Positions 17,560-26,375 of a stretch of 34,190 nt of DNA are shown in pieces. The DNA comes from a virus (Duplodnaviria > Caudoviricetes). Under the pieces are notes generated by a model. That model saw nothing but the letters and a program-made list of their open reading frames with translations. It was not told the DNA's origin and ran no database searches. The position numbers were made by a program, and so were the translations under genes. Every line of letters begins with the position of its first letter. Position 1 is the stretch's first letter. The stretch is from IMG/VR virus record IMGVR_UViG_3300033067_000599, positions 1-34,190 of that record. One strand, written 5' to 3'.

Positions 17560-18731
17560 GAGAGTTTAATGATTGTCACGTCTGCGTATACTTCTCCACC
17601 TTCAGTATCAGTCGTGGCTAAAGCAGGTTTTCCAAGACCATCGACGGTAGGAACTGTTTCCACAGCGTGGAGAATCTCAATATAACAAAATGACGGATCA
17701 CTATTGTTTGAAAACGATTGAAAGAAAACGGCTTCTGAAGAGTTAGTAACTCCTACTCCATTTTTTTCACTAGTCCCATAACGAGTGTGAACTTTTGTAA
17801 GATCAAAAGCGTCGTAATAACAATTAACCTTAATGTAATGTTTTCCAACATTAATTGCTGGTGCTCGAATAAGGAACAAATACTTTCCATCCTGTCGAAT
17901 CAAAATCTTCGTTCCGTCAATGTCAACTAGATTAAACTTATCTCCTTGCACCTTCCAAGGAACGTTCAATCCTCTTTTTGTCTCCGCAGTAGTTGCAGCG
18001 ATTCCAATACCAGGACCACCACCTTCAAAAACCCTAGCATAAGCTGAACCAAGACCAGAGGAAATCGTCACAAACCCAGCGGCATCAATCGACAACGCAC
18101 CAGAAAGCTTTACTGGAGCAAGACATTCTGAATCTTCTCCAACAGTTTGGCCACCGATCATCACAGTCCCCGCAGCAGCTTGAACAAAAACTGAACCGTC
18201 CAAATCACGTTTTTTAATGTGATTAAGACGAACAGCTGAATCAGCAATCTTAGCGGACGTAACGCTTGCTGCTGCTAAATGTTCTTTTTGAACGCTTCCC
18301 GGTGTTATCTTAGAAGCATCAACAGTACCGTCGACTAAATGTAAACCAGACAAAGAACCATATTTAATGTTCAGTCCAGTCAATGTTTCGTTTGCGACTT
18401 TACTATTAGTAATGCTTCCTTGTGCAATGCAACGATCAGTAATTTGACCATCACCAATTTCATTTGCAGAGATGGTTTTAAAAGCAATCTCTCGTTCCGT
18501 GATTCCTCCAGCAGAACCACGAATGCTTCCCGGTGGAATGGTCGATGCACCTATGGCGCTTGGCTTTAGACCAATGGTATCATCAAACACAGTACTCAGA
18601 TAATCAAACATCCAAGTCCTAGTTTGACGCAAGACTTCACCTAGTTTGCTAGCCGACTCGTTATCTAATGGATCGCCTTTAGTAGCGTCCAAAGCTGCCA
18701 ATGTTGGTGAAAGAATTGGATAAGTTGCCAT
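17556..18731 (-). CDS. Tail fibre/appendage-like protein, paralog B
   Basis: About 10-aa GS[IV]T..K[IL] repeats (GQITDRCI, GSITNSKV, GTVDASKI, ASVTSAKI) and a beta-rich C-terminal head. N-terminus resembles 18733-19938. Confidence 0.65.
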   Translation of the reverse strand: MATYPILSPTLAALDATKGDPLDNESASKLGEVLRQTRTWMFDYLSTVFDDTIGLKPSAIGASTIPPGSIRGSAGGITEREIAFKTISANEIGDGQITDRCIAQGSITNSKVANETLTGLNIKYGSLSGLHLVDGTVDASKITPGSVQKEHLAAASVTSAKIADSAVRLNHIKKRDLDGSVFVQAAAGTVMIGGQTVGEDSECLAPVKLSGALSIDAAGFVTISSGLGSAYARVFEGGGPGIGIAATTAETKRGLNVPWKVQGDKFNLVDIDGTKILIRQDGKYLFLIRAPAINVGKHYIKVNCYYDAFDLTKVHTRYGTSEKNGVGVTNSSEAVFFQSFSNNSDPSFCYIEILHAVETVPTVDGLGKPALATTDTEGGEVYADVTIIKLS

Positions 18732-18732
18732 A

Positions 18733-19938
18733 TCAGTTTACTTTAAGAATCAAAACGTAAGAACCATACTCCGCTTCAGTTACTGGGCGAAAAGCTGGAT
18801 TGTTAAAAATCATCGCCTTATTCGATCCAATTGAAGTGATAGCTTTTTGTTCTATTCTAAACCCGCATGGAGGACTAACTAAATTATTCGTTGTCTGCAA
18901 GACAATTAGTTTCTGCCTAACAGTAATACCGGAAGCCGCAGCAGAATAACCACTTGAGAAGTAAAAAACACGTTCAAACAGTTCAATAGTCCCATTGGTC
19001 TTTTTCCGTTGCAAGTAAAAACGGACTCTTGTTGCAACACCATCTGTTTGATACGCTGGAACTGAAAAAAGGAAAAGATAGTTACCGCTTCTATTCAAAT
19101 GTATCTTCGGGTCTTCAATGGTCAAAAAACCATTATCTGATTGATCGTAAACCTTCCAACGCGAAGCACCTTGAGTACTTTGCCACGTAGAAGGAACAAC
19201 GCTCCACGCAGAAGAAAATAAACTTTCTTCTCGAAGAATTGCGAAACCTACAGCTTTTTCACTTAACGTGGCAACACCGTCTTTATCAATGTCAAAAGGA
19301 AGATTTGTTTCTCTTACTCCTAAATTGTTCCCGTCATTTCCAATTCTCTGCCCACCAATAAGCCATGTTTGCGGGTTAGTGGCCTTTGCAAGAACTGATC
19401 CGTTTAAACTCTTCTTGCTAACGTGCTGTTTCAACACGTTCAAATTAACAAAATTACTTTCTCTTACTGCAGAATCGGCAAGAGCAGTCGAGTCTATGGT
19501 AAAGATTTGACTTAAAAAGTTTCCAAAACACTCACCAGAAATACTTCCAGCTTTAAATTTTGTTCCGTCAATACGTAAATCGTTTGCTGTAGAAAAATGT
19601 CTTCCTGCCAACGAATGATTAGCAAAACGAGATTCATCAAGACTCTTTAAAGCAAAATCTTTTTCACCAATAGAAAATTGTTTGATCTGTCTTTCTTCAC
19701 TCGTTGCAGGATTTGTTCCTTTAATGCTTGCAGCAGAAAAACTACCATTAGCAAGAGCAGACAAACGAATTACATTTTCTCCACCAAGAACGGTAAACTT
19801 GGTTTTTAAAAAATCTACCAACCAAGCACGTGTTTGTCTTGACAACGAGTAAACATCAGCAAAAGTCTCGCTGTCAGTCGGATTACTCTTAACTGCACTT
19901 AACGCAGCCAAAGTAGGAGCTAAGGTAGTATACGGCAT
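18733..19938 (-). CDS. Tail fibre/appendage-like protein, paralog A
   Basis: Same architecture as 17556-18731 with more degenerate repeats. Shared PTLAAL, RQTR.W, ADSAVR and YLFL...PA motifs. Confidence 0.6.
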   Translation of the reverse strand: MPYTTLAPTLAALSAVKSNPTDSETFADVYSLSRQTRAWLVDFLKTKFTVLGGENVIRLSALANGSFSAASIKGTNPATSEERQIKQFSIGEKDFALKSLDESRFANHSLAGRHFSTANDLRIDGTKFKAGSISGECFGNFLSQIFTIDSTALADSAVRESNFVNLNVLKQHVSKKSLNGSVLAKATNPQTWLIGGQRIGNDGNNLGVRETNLPFDIDKDGVATLSEKAVGFAILREESLFSSAWSVVPSTWQSTQGASRWKVYDQSDNGFLTIEDPKIHLNRSGNYLFLFSVPAYQTDGVATRVRFYLQRKKTNGTIELFERVFYFSSGYSAAASGITVRQKLIVLQTTNNLVSPPCGFRIEQKAITSIGSNKAMIFNNPAFRPVTEAEYGSYVLILKVN

Positions 19939-20831
19939 TAGTCAAGAGCAACCGAAACGTTGCTGTCAATTATTGTCGAATTCCAGTTTTTCACATTATT
20001 CCAAGCCCTTTCGAGTGCTTTTTCTGAAATGCTCACTCGTTGGTCTTCTTTCAAAAAGAAGTTCAATTCAACAAGAGACTGCATTAGCATGTAGTCAAAA
20101 CAGAATTCTAGGAAAAAGTTTGAAAACGTACCGATTTGAAAAGCTTCTCCATTTGCCATAATGTTAGCATTTAGAGAAAGCTGAATCGCACTATCAACTG
20201 CGGTAACAATGGCGGAAGTAGCGTCAGTTGTGTTGTAAACAATATCTCCAATGTTTACAGAACCGTCGTTGAAAGTAGCTGTTCCGCAAATCAACTTACT
20301 AGCAGTAGCAGAAGTCGTGGTTCCAGAAACCGTTCCAAAGTCTGGCAACCATTCAATCACGTCAAAATAAACATCAAACGTCGAAGCCCCACTTACCTGA
20401 GGCATTACCATGAAATCTTGTCCAACAAAAACAATCTCCTTTTCTTGGTTCTCATCTGTTACATCATCAGGACGTTCACGAAAACGACGATACATGGACT
20501 TGACATAATCATCACGTTGAATCACGTTAATTGGATAAAACGTTGCTCCATTGTCCTCTGTCAACCACGCCTGTTTGACGTTCTTAATCTTCAAAGAGTT
20601 CCCATTTGAAACCCTTACCGCGGTCGTAAGCGACCCACCAGCAGTCGGACTAACCCCGGTCACTTTTGCAAATGTTCTTGCATACTCAAAATCAACAGCA
20701 CGTTGTGAAAAATCCTTAGCGTTATTAACCGCTTGAGTCAAGCAATCGACTCCGTCATAGACGAAGTCTGTCAGATTGCGAGACATAAAAGCTGCAATTT
20801 TTTTGCGAAGAGTGATTATTGTATTTGCCAT
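19938..20831 (-). CDS. Head-tail adaptor (tail tubular protein A-like)
   Basis: Helical N-terminus (LTQAVNNA...QRAVDF) and C-terminus (SNFFLEFCFDYML...FFLKED). First tail gene after the capsid block. Confidence 0.65.
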   Translation of the reverse strand: MANTIITLRKKIAAFMSRNLTDFVYDGVDCLTQAVNNAKDFSQRAVDFEYARTFAKVTGVSPTAGGSLTTAVRVSNGNSLKIKNVKQAWLTEDNGATFYPINVIQRDDYVKSMYRRFRERPDDVTDENQEKEIVFVGQDFMVMPQVSGASTFDVYFDVIEWLPDFGTVSGTTTSATASKLICGTATFNDGSVNIGDIVYNTTDATSAIVTAVDSAIQLSLNANIMANGEAFQIGTFSNFFLEFCFDYMLMQSLVELNFFLKEDQRVSISEKALERAWNNVKNWNSTIIDSNVSVALD

Positions 20832-20859
20832 AAATAATGCGCGTTGTTAGTATGCGCGC
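20832..20859 (-). terminator. Possible weak terminator/hairpin after the capsid block
   Basis: Minus strand reads GCGCG-catactaacaa-CGCGC then ATTATTT, in the largest intergenic gap of the operon (20832-20872). Confidence 0.35.
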
Positions 20860-20872
20860 CCCACTTGATTAC

Positions 20873-21064
20873 TTAGGTGCCTGAGTTGCGCCCACCAGGA
20901 CCAGAAATACCTTTGGCCTTGCCAGTCGAGTATTCCTTCGTCTCGTTAGTCGCCTTCTCTGCACCAGTCTTCCCAGTGGCTTCACCGTCGAGCACTTTCG
21001 TGTCTCGAAAGTCCTTAGCCTTACCAGGACCGACTACCATGTCTCTCAGATTAGGAGTTTCCAT
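20873..21064 (-). CDS. Small Gly/Lys/Thr-rich protein, possibly a minor capsid component
   Basis: 63-aa ORF that fills the gap, co-oriented with the operon. Confidence 0.55.
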   Translation of the reverse strand: METPNLRDMVVGPGKAKDFRDTKVLDGEATGKTGAEKATNETKEYSTGKAKGISGPGGRNSGT

Positions 21065-21069
21065 ATGTT

Positions 21070-21408
21070 TTACCGATAACCATGAACTTCAATACGAGCT
21101 TCAGTTGTGGTTAAATCCGCAGGGTCTCCACGAGAACCATCAGTAGCATTCTCAATGTTTGCGACATAAACCGCTGAACCATCAGAGCTTGGAACGGCAG
21201 GATAAATGAGCGTGTTTGTCACGTCAAGAATCGCTCCACAACTCTCGATCTTGGTAAACCCAAGAGCAGAAGCAGTGATTTTGTTTGCAGCACTACCTTG
21301 ACCAGTCAAGACCAGAGTCAACAATGCACCAACTCGATCTTTCCCGGTTACTCCACCCTCGGACCAAGCACGAACTACTGTTACCGCAGATGCGTCTAGG
21401 TCAGCCAT
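21070..21408 (-). CDS. Probable capsid decoration/cement protein (no signal peptide)
   Basis: 112 aa, beta-rich, downstream of MCP, ends IEVHGYR. Paralog of 21412-21882. Confidence 0.6.
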   Translation of the reverse strand: MADLDASAVTVVRAWSEGGVTGKDRVGALLTLVLTGQGSAANKITASALGFTKIESCGAILDVTNTLIYPAVPSSDGSAVYVANIENATDGSRGDPADLTTTEARIEVHGYR

Positions 21409-21411
21409 AGG

Positions 21412-21882
21412 TTATCGAACTCCTCGCAGGATAAACCGATAAGAGTTACCCAACCCTAGGTTTGTTTGAGAACCAAGCATGCTCTTGTTCGCCCAAGCAC
21501 CTTGACCTAGCAACGGTCCACCAATTGCATTCGTATTCTGAAACGAAAGCAACTGAGAACCGTCAAAGTTGGGTCGAACAAAGACAGGAGTATTATTGCT
21601 TCGCATAAAAACGGTACAGTCGATAATTCGACTAAAACCGAAATTGGAAGCATAAATAGTGTCAACGTCTCCTACCCAAGTTGTATTAGTATTGATGAAG
21701 TTCAACGTTAGGTCTTGTACCACCACAAAACGAAACAGTTCCTGAGAAGGCTCAGTCCACATTACGTTCGTGACAATAGAAGCCCCGTTAGTTGAAAGCA
21801 AGTCACTAAGCAAAAGGGCACCACGAGTAACCCCCGGCAAACACAGGGCCAGGGCCAGCACTAGATTACGAATCATTTTCAT
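21412..21882 (-). CDS. Signal-peptide-bearing paralog of the decoration-like protein
   Basis: ATG lies 1 nt after the MCP stop (TAA C ATG). MKMIRNLVLALALCLPGVTRG/A looks like a Sec signal, and the mature part aligns with 21070-21408. Confidence 0.65.
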   Translation of the reverse strand: MKMIRNLVLALALCLPGVTRGALLLSDLLSTNGASIVTNVMWTEPSQELFRFVVVQDLTLNFINTNTTWVGDVDTIYASNFGFSRIIDCTVFMRSNNTPVFVRPNFDGSQLLSFQNTNAIGGPLLGQGAWANKSMLGSQTNLGLGNSYRFILRGVR

Positions 21883-21883
21883 G

Positions 21884-23269
21884 TTAGGGAGCATAAGACT
21901 GAATGTTCTTGATAAACATGTGGCTCTCTGGATAGCGGAGTTCAAACCCTGCTTCAGTCAGCCATTCGTCACGACGAAAATCATCGCCGTTGTTTTGTCG
22001 ATTCTTCAACAACTGGGTATCGCGACCAGCAAGATAGCGATAGACCAAGTTGTTCACATCAAGGATCAACATGCAGTTACGCAAGTTCGAGTCCTCGTTG
22101 AAAAGAGGATGTGTCTTGTAATACATCGTGCCGAAAGGAGACACGTGTTTCACAACGTCCATCCCGTAGGTGTCCGACATAGGCAGACCAGATTGCAAGA
22201 CCGCCTTGCCCTTGTACATCTGATTCACCACGTTCAACGCACCGTTGCCACAGAAAACGAGCTTCTCGTTGGTCGAGTTGTTCGTCGTACGGAAAGCACG
22301 TTCAACATACCCGTCAAACGTTTTCTCCGTAATTACTCCAGAGGCATTTTCAATAATGCGTTTGTTGTCGTCCGTGTCACCAGTGATCTGTGCAGCAGAT
22401 GCACCGCGGTACTTGATCTCGGCCACACTACCAGCCATTTCCCACTGCTCAAGGAACCAAAGAATACCACCGAAGGTAAACAATGGCAGACCTTGCAGGC
22501 CAGTGGTCTTAGTGCGCGAGTTGAAGAACAAAGCTCGCTCGAATTCAGTCATGTGCTGAATCGAATGCTCTTTCGCTTTGTGCTTGTAAGGACCGGTTTC
22601 GTCGAACTTCAGCGAAGTCTTCAGTGCCGTGCCAGTCAGTGAGAAAGGCGTTCGGAGAATCTGGCAATAGTTGCCGACTGCCAAAGGCAGGTTGAAGTAT
22701 TCCGCAGTAGGCCCAACAGAACCTTGTTCGAAACCTTGGCCAACGATGATTGCGCGGTTACCCACGTTTTCGTTAGTCGTTCCGTTTTGCGGCCGGTTCT
22801 TAATCGTGCTCGAATGCGCAGACAGAGCAATGAACGTCACATACTTTGACGCACCATCAATTTTCTCTGTAATCAAGCCACGAACTTCGGTCGTCCCGGT
22901 CTGATCCGTTGTGTCGATATTACAACGTACGCTAAAAACGTCACCAACCTTCAAAGGAGCAAGGTCGGAAACATACATGCGATACGATGTGTTTCGAGTA
23001 ATAGGAGCCGGGTCGGTGAGAACCGTGCCACTGGTGTCCGTAAACGGTCCTTTGCTTGCACCAGAGGAAGCAGTGGTAGTTGCACGGGCAACATAGCGCT
23101 GTTCGTTCCAGTTAAACTCAGGATCGTTTGTTTCCTCTTCGGGCAGTAGGGACAAAATCCCGAGGAGCGGGGACTTCCCATTCGGATACTGATAGAACAC
23201 CCGACGACGGTTATTCTTATACCGCCATGAGCTGTCCGATTCAGTAGTTACTAGGCCAAGAATAGGCAT
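21884..23269 (-). CDS. Major capsid protein (HK97 fold, SU10/DUF5309-like)
   Basis: 461 aa after the scaffold. PEFNWNE, NYCQILRTPFSLTGT, EFERALFF, GGILWFL and EWLTEAGFELRYPESH motifs. Confidence 0.88.
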   Translation of the reverse strand: MPILGLVTTESDSSWRYKNNRRRVFYQYPNGKSPLLGILSLLPEEETNDPEFNWNEQRYVARATTTASSGASKGPFTDTSGTVLTDPAPITRNTSYRMYVSDLAPLKVGDVFSVRCNIDTTDQTGTTEVRGLITEKIDGASKYVTFIALSAHSSTIKNRPQNGTTNENVGNRAIIVGQGFEQGSVGPTAEYFNLPLAVGNYCQILRTPFSLTGTALKTSLKFDETGPYKHKAKEHSIQHMTEFERALFFNSRTKTTGLQGLPLFTFGGILWFLEQWEMAGSVAEIKYRGASAAQITGDTDDNKRIIENASGVITEKTFDGYVERAFRTTNNSTNEKLVFCGNGALNVVNQMYKGKAVLQSGLPMSDTYGMDVVKHVSPFGTMYYKTHPLFNEDSNLRNCMLILDVNNLVYRYLAGRDTQLLKNRQNNGDDFRRDEWLTEAGFELRYPESHMFIKNIQSYAP

Positions 23270-23277
23270 AGGTTTAC

Positions 23278-24159
23278 TTATTCGTCAAAGACTTCCATGC
23301 CAGCCGGACGATTTTTTCCGTTCGACCTAGCACTTCCATCTCCCGCACCGACTTGCCCTCCTCCAGAAAGAGTGGACATACGAGAAGCCGATGTTCGTTG
23401 TGCAGACTGAGCCTGCGTTTGTTGTTGTTGTGTTTGCGTTTTACCGATCATGTCCTTCCAGCTGTCACCAAACATCTGTTGGAACATGATACGAGTCTGG
23501 TCCGCCACCAGTTGAAAAGCTTCTTCCTCGTTGCCTTGGAAGCCACTCTCAAAAAGCTTTCGAGTGACAACTTCGACCATTTGGCGTTGACCTTTCAAAT
23601 CAGGATTCTTTTCTTGAAAACGAGACCACAGTTGGTCTTCTTGATGTTTTTGATACATCGCTTGCAAAGGTGCAAGCCTAGGTTCAAAATCATTCTGCAT
23701 TTTCTGTACAAGATATGCAGCCATTGTTGCAGACTGTTGATAAACCCCATGAGCGAGTTCGTTCAACGCCGCGAGACCTTCACCTTCGTCACCGTCTGCA
23801 ATTGCCTTTTTCAGACTAGCAAGCATCTTTGCGGTCGGCTTAAAGACTTTGAAAGTTCGATCAAAGTCTTCTTGAGTAAACTGACGCTGCTGCTGGGCAG
23901 GTGCAACTTGACCGGGAACTACAACTCCTGCTTTTTTAAACGCCGCAGCGATTTGGTCTGGAGTAAGCGTCGGTTCTGCGGCTTTCTCAACGTTAGGTCT
24001 AGCAGCAGTGCCGCTGTCTGGTTTCGAAGTTTGACCAGTTCCTTGCTGTTCATTGCTTTGAGCGACATCTTCAAATACACCGTCCGACGTACCTTGGTTA
24101 TTTCCACCACCGTCAGCATTCTCTGCGGGGTCCAATAGGAATTTATACCATTTATTCAT
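23278..24159 (-). CDS. Capsid scaffolding protein
   Basis: Acidic disordered N-terminus, helical Q/E-rich core, located directly before MCP. Confidence 0.75.
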   Translation of the reverse strand: MNKWYKFLLDPAENADGGGNNQGTSDGVFEDVAQSNEQQGTGQTSKPDSGTAARPNVEKAAEPTLTPDQIAAAFKKAGVVVPGQVAPAQQQRQFTQEDFDRTFKVFKPTAKMLASLKKAIADGDEGEGLAALNELAHGVYQQSATMAAYLVQKMQNDFEPRLAPLQAMYQKHQEDQLWSRFQEKNPDLKGQRQMVEVVTRKLFESGFQGNEEEAFQLVADQTRIMFQQMFGDSWKDMIGKTQTQQQQTQAQSAQRTSASRMSTLSGGGQVGAGDGSARSNGKNRPAGMEVFDE

Positions 24160-24466
24160 TGTCTACAGGAGTTGTTTCGTTTTGTGCTTCTCGAAGTGAT
24201 TCTACTCTTGCCTTTAGAAGCGTTGTTGGGCGAGAGAGAGCCTTAGCGTGACCGATTGCTTGAAGAAGCACTGGTATGCGTTCTTCTGTCCAATCTGTCT
24301 CGATGATAATTCCCACTGTTTGAAGGAATTCGTCATTTATTGTTTTTAACAGGTCATTGAAAAACACGTTCTCATACAGTGCACTAAAGCCCCGTAGGAG
24401 TAATGAGTTGTCCAAACCCTGTAGGTTGATCTCCGGTTGCTGTGTTGGGCGGTCTTGTGTTTCCAT
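24152..24466 (-). CDS. Small helical protein between portal and scaffold
   Basis: 104 aa, overlapping the portal tail. This position is conserved in podoviruses. Confidence 0.6.
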   Translation of the reverse strand: METQDRPTQQPEINLQGLDNSLLLRGFSALYENVFFNDLLKTINDEFLQTVGIIIETDWTEERIPVLLQAIGHAKALSRPTTLLKARVESLREAQNETTPVDNE

Positions 24467-26351
24467 TTTGTGTTGGTGGACCTTGGCCTAAAATACCAGC
24501 CTTAGCCATACGTTGGTCCTGTTGTTGTTCTTGTGCTGGTTGTCTGAGAGTAAATCTCTCAGGATTCCGAACACCACGCAAGCGCAAGACTTCCAAAAGT
24601 AGCTCTCTCGGGTCCAAGCCAACTGCAATAGCTGCTTGTGGTTGAGAGAGCAAAGCAACAAGGATGTCTTGTAATGCTTGCGCGGTGAAACCCTTTTCGC
24701 TCGGCAACGTGCCATCAAAAACTTCAAAATCAAAATCGCCTTGAATGTCTTGCTTCGTGATCTTAAGAAAAGACGCTCCTTGCATTGCAGGATCGACACC
24801 AACAATGCGAACTACAGTTTCTTGGTCCAATCCGTCTCGGAGATTAGAAAGCATCTTACGGCCAAGTGGCTCAATTGCAGAATTAAAAACGAGCGAGATA
24901 ATAGTTTTCAACCGAGAAGCTGCGCTTGACGTCGCATTACGAGCTTCCTGAGCAGATCGTCTACCTGGGTAGAACTGACCCATGATGTTTTCATTTACAC
25001 CCGTCGTGACTTGGACCAAGTCTTTCAAATACTTCGCGTCATCAAGGTGACGAGTGGTAACGTCTTGAATCGGGAGTTGCTGGATGTATCTCTCAACTCC
25101 TCTTCCGGCAACCGCTGGTTTTAGTTGAATAACGGGAGAACGTTCCCGAATATCCTTCATTTCCACTCCACTAGGATCTACTATGATTTTGTTCGAGATG
25201 ACTTTCCTGACCGAAGTAATTCTCGAATTGATAAACCAAGACAATACGCTCTGTAACTGGTCAATGCTATCAGAAAGGCCGTTATTGACCAAATGGTGAG
25301 CGTCTGGATTATACTCTGCAACATCAAAAGTAAACTGGTTATGAACATAGTTTGCTGGTTCGCATTTTACTACACGAGAGTCGTTAACGTACCAGATGTT
25401 GTATAGTACCGGGTAGGTCTCTGGTCCAAGCGGTTCACTCTCGATCTTATATTCACTAGGAACAATTCTACGTTGAATCTCGGTTAAAACAACAGTGCCA
25501 AGGGATTGTGCTGTGTCTTTACTAATGTCATCACCAGAGCATTTCAAACCACGAATAGTATCTGGACCCATTCGACGCTCTGTTGCAGCGACATCATTGT
25601 TCTTCTTCAGCGGTTTGATATACTTTACACCAGAAATCATCCCGTCTGCTTCCATTTGGCGCAAAGTTGTTATCTGATATTCATCTTCACTTGCAACAAA
25701 TTCACCCTCAGCAAACCGACAAATAGGAAACGACGGGTCAGGGAAGAAACGGTATGGAGAGATGTTAAGAATCTTATTCCCAAGATACTTTGTCTTCCAT
25801 GACGAAACCTCTTGTGCCTGTTGACCACCAAGAGCTATTCCCATAAAGTCTCCTTGCGGAATGGGAATAGACGATTTCACCATCTGCTTCTCTTCGACCC
25901 AGCCAGATTTAAAAATGCCAACACCAAAACGAGCGATGTCAAGAAGGAACTGGTAAAGCTTAGACTCAAAGCGATTGTAATTCAAATCCCGTTGCAACAA
26001 AGCTTCTGCAATACGAGAGGCACCGTGACTTTGTTCATTAACAGCCAAAAGCTCAAAGAATCGTTCCCGCTGCATTAGGACAGACATGCCAAACGTAACG
26101 AACGTTTGTACCTGAGAATAACTAATTGGAACCACCATCTTTTCTGGTTCCTTACGGTCGCGGGCCTTCTTGTCTTCTTGGTCTGCCAAAATCTCACCAC
26201 GATACACTGCGTCTGCGTGGTCCCATTTGCTGTAAAAAGTCGCCATCTTCCTTCTCGAAGATTCGACAAGATTCATACTATCTTGTAAAATCTGCTTATG
26301 AAAAGGAGACTGTTCTTCTTTTGAGAAATCGTTTTTTACTGAGTCGAGCAT
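24384..26351 (-). CDS. Portal protein
   Basis: 655 aa. FGVGIFK, ISPYRFFPDP, GLSDSIDQLQ, VTTGVNENIMG..RRSAQEA and Q-rich tail are typical of P22/SU10-like portals. Confidence 0.88.
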   Translation of the reverse strand: MLDSVKNDFSKEEQSPFHKQILQDSMNLVESSRRKMATFYSKWDHADAVYRGEILADQEDKKARDRKEPEKMVVPISYSQVQTFVTFGMSVLMQRERFFELLAVNEQSHGASRIAEALLQRDLNYNRFESKLYQFLLDIARFGVGIFKSGWVEEKQMVKSSIPIPQGDFMGIALGGQQAQEVSSWKTKYLGNKILNISPYRFFPDPSFPICRFAEGEFVASEDEYQITTLRQMEADGMISGVKYIKPLKKNNDVAATERRMGPDTIRGLKCSGDDISKDTAQSLGTVVLTEIQRRIVPSEYKIESEPLGPETYPVLYNIWYVNDSRVVKCEPANYVHNQFTFDVAEYNPDAHHLVNNGLSDSIDQLQSVLSWFINSRITSVRKVISNKIIVDPSGVEMKDIRERSPVIQLKPAVAGRGVERYIQQLPIQDVTTRHLDDAKYLKDLVQVTTGVNENIMGQFYPGRRSAQEARNATSSAASRLKTIISLVFNSAIEPLGRKMLSNLRDGLDQETVVRIVGVDPAMQGASFLKITKQDIQGDFDFEVFDGTLPSEKGFTAQALQDILVALLSQPQAAIAVGLDPRELLLEVLRLRGVRNPERFTLRQPAQEQQQDQRMAKAGILGQGPPTQNGNTRPPNTATGDQPTGFGQLITPTGL

Positions 26352-26359
26352 ATTGTCTT

Positions 26360-26374
26360 TTTCAATAATTGAAA
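26360..26374. promoter_or_regulatory. Palindromic element, copy 3
   Basis: TTTCAATAATTGAAA between the TGA at 26376 and the portal ATG at 26351. 26355-26379 matches 12402-12426 at 24 of 25 nt. Confidence 0.65.
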
Positions 26375-26375
26375 C

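Noticed and set aside
19966-19978. TCAATTATTG partial match to the 15-bp palindrome
   Set aside because: Only the core matches, the TTT/AAA arms are missing, and it lies inside a CDS.
21882-21945. T7 10B-like frameshift fusing MCP to the downstream ORF
   Set aside because: The downstream frame is open across the MCP end, but it needs a +1 shift with no evident slippery site, and a well-placed ATG follows the stop.
21770-22642. 290-aa + strand ORF
   Set aside because: Antisense shadow of MCP, explained by codon bias; no protein-like motifs.
23353-24138. 261-aa + strand ORF
   Set aside because: Antisense to the scaffold gene; its Leu/Phe-rich composition mirrors Q/K/E codons.
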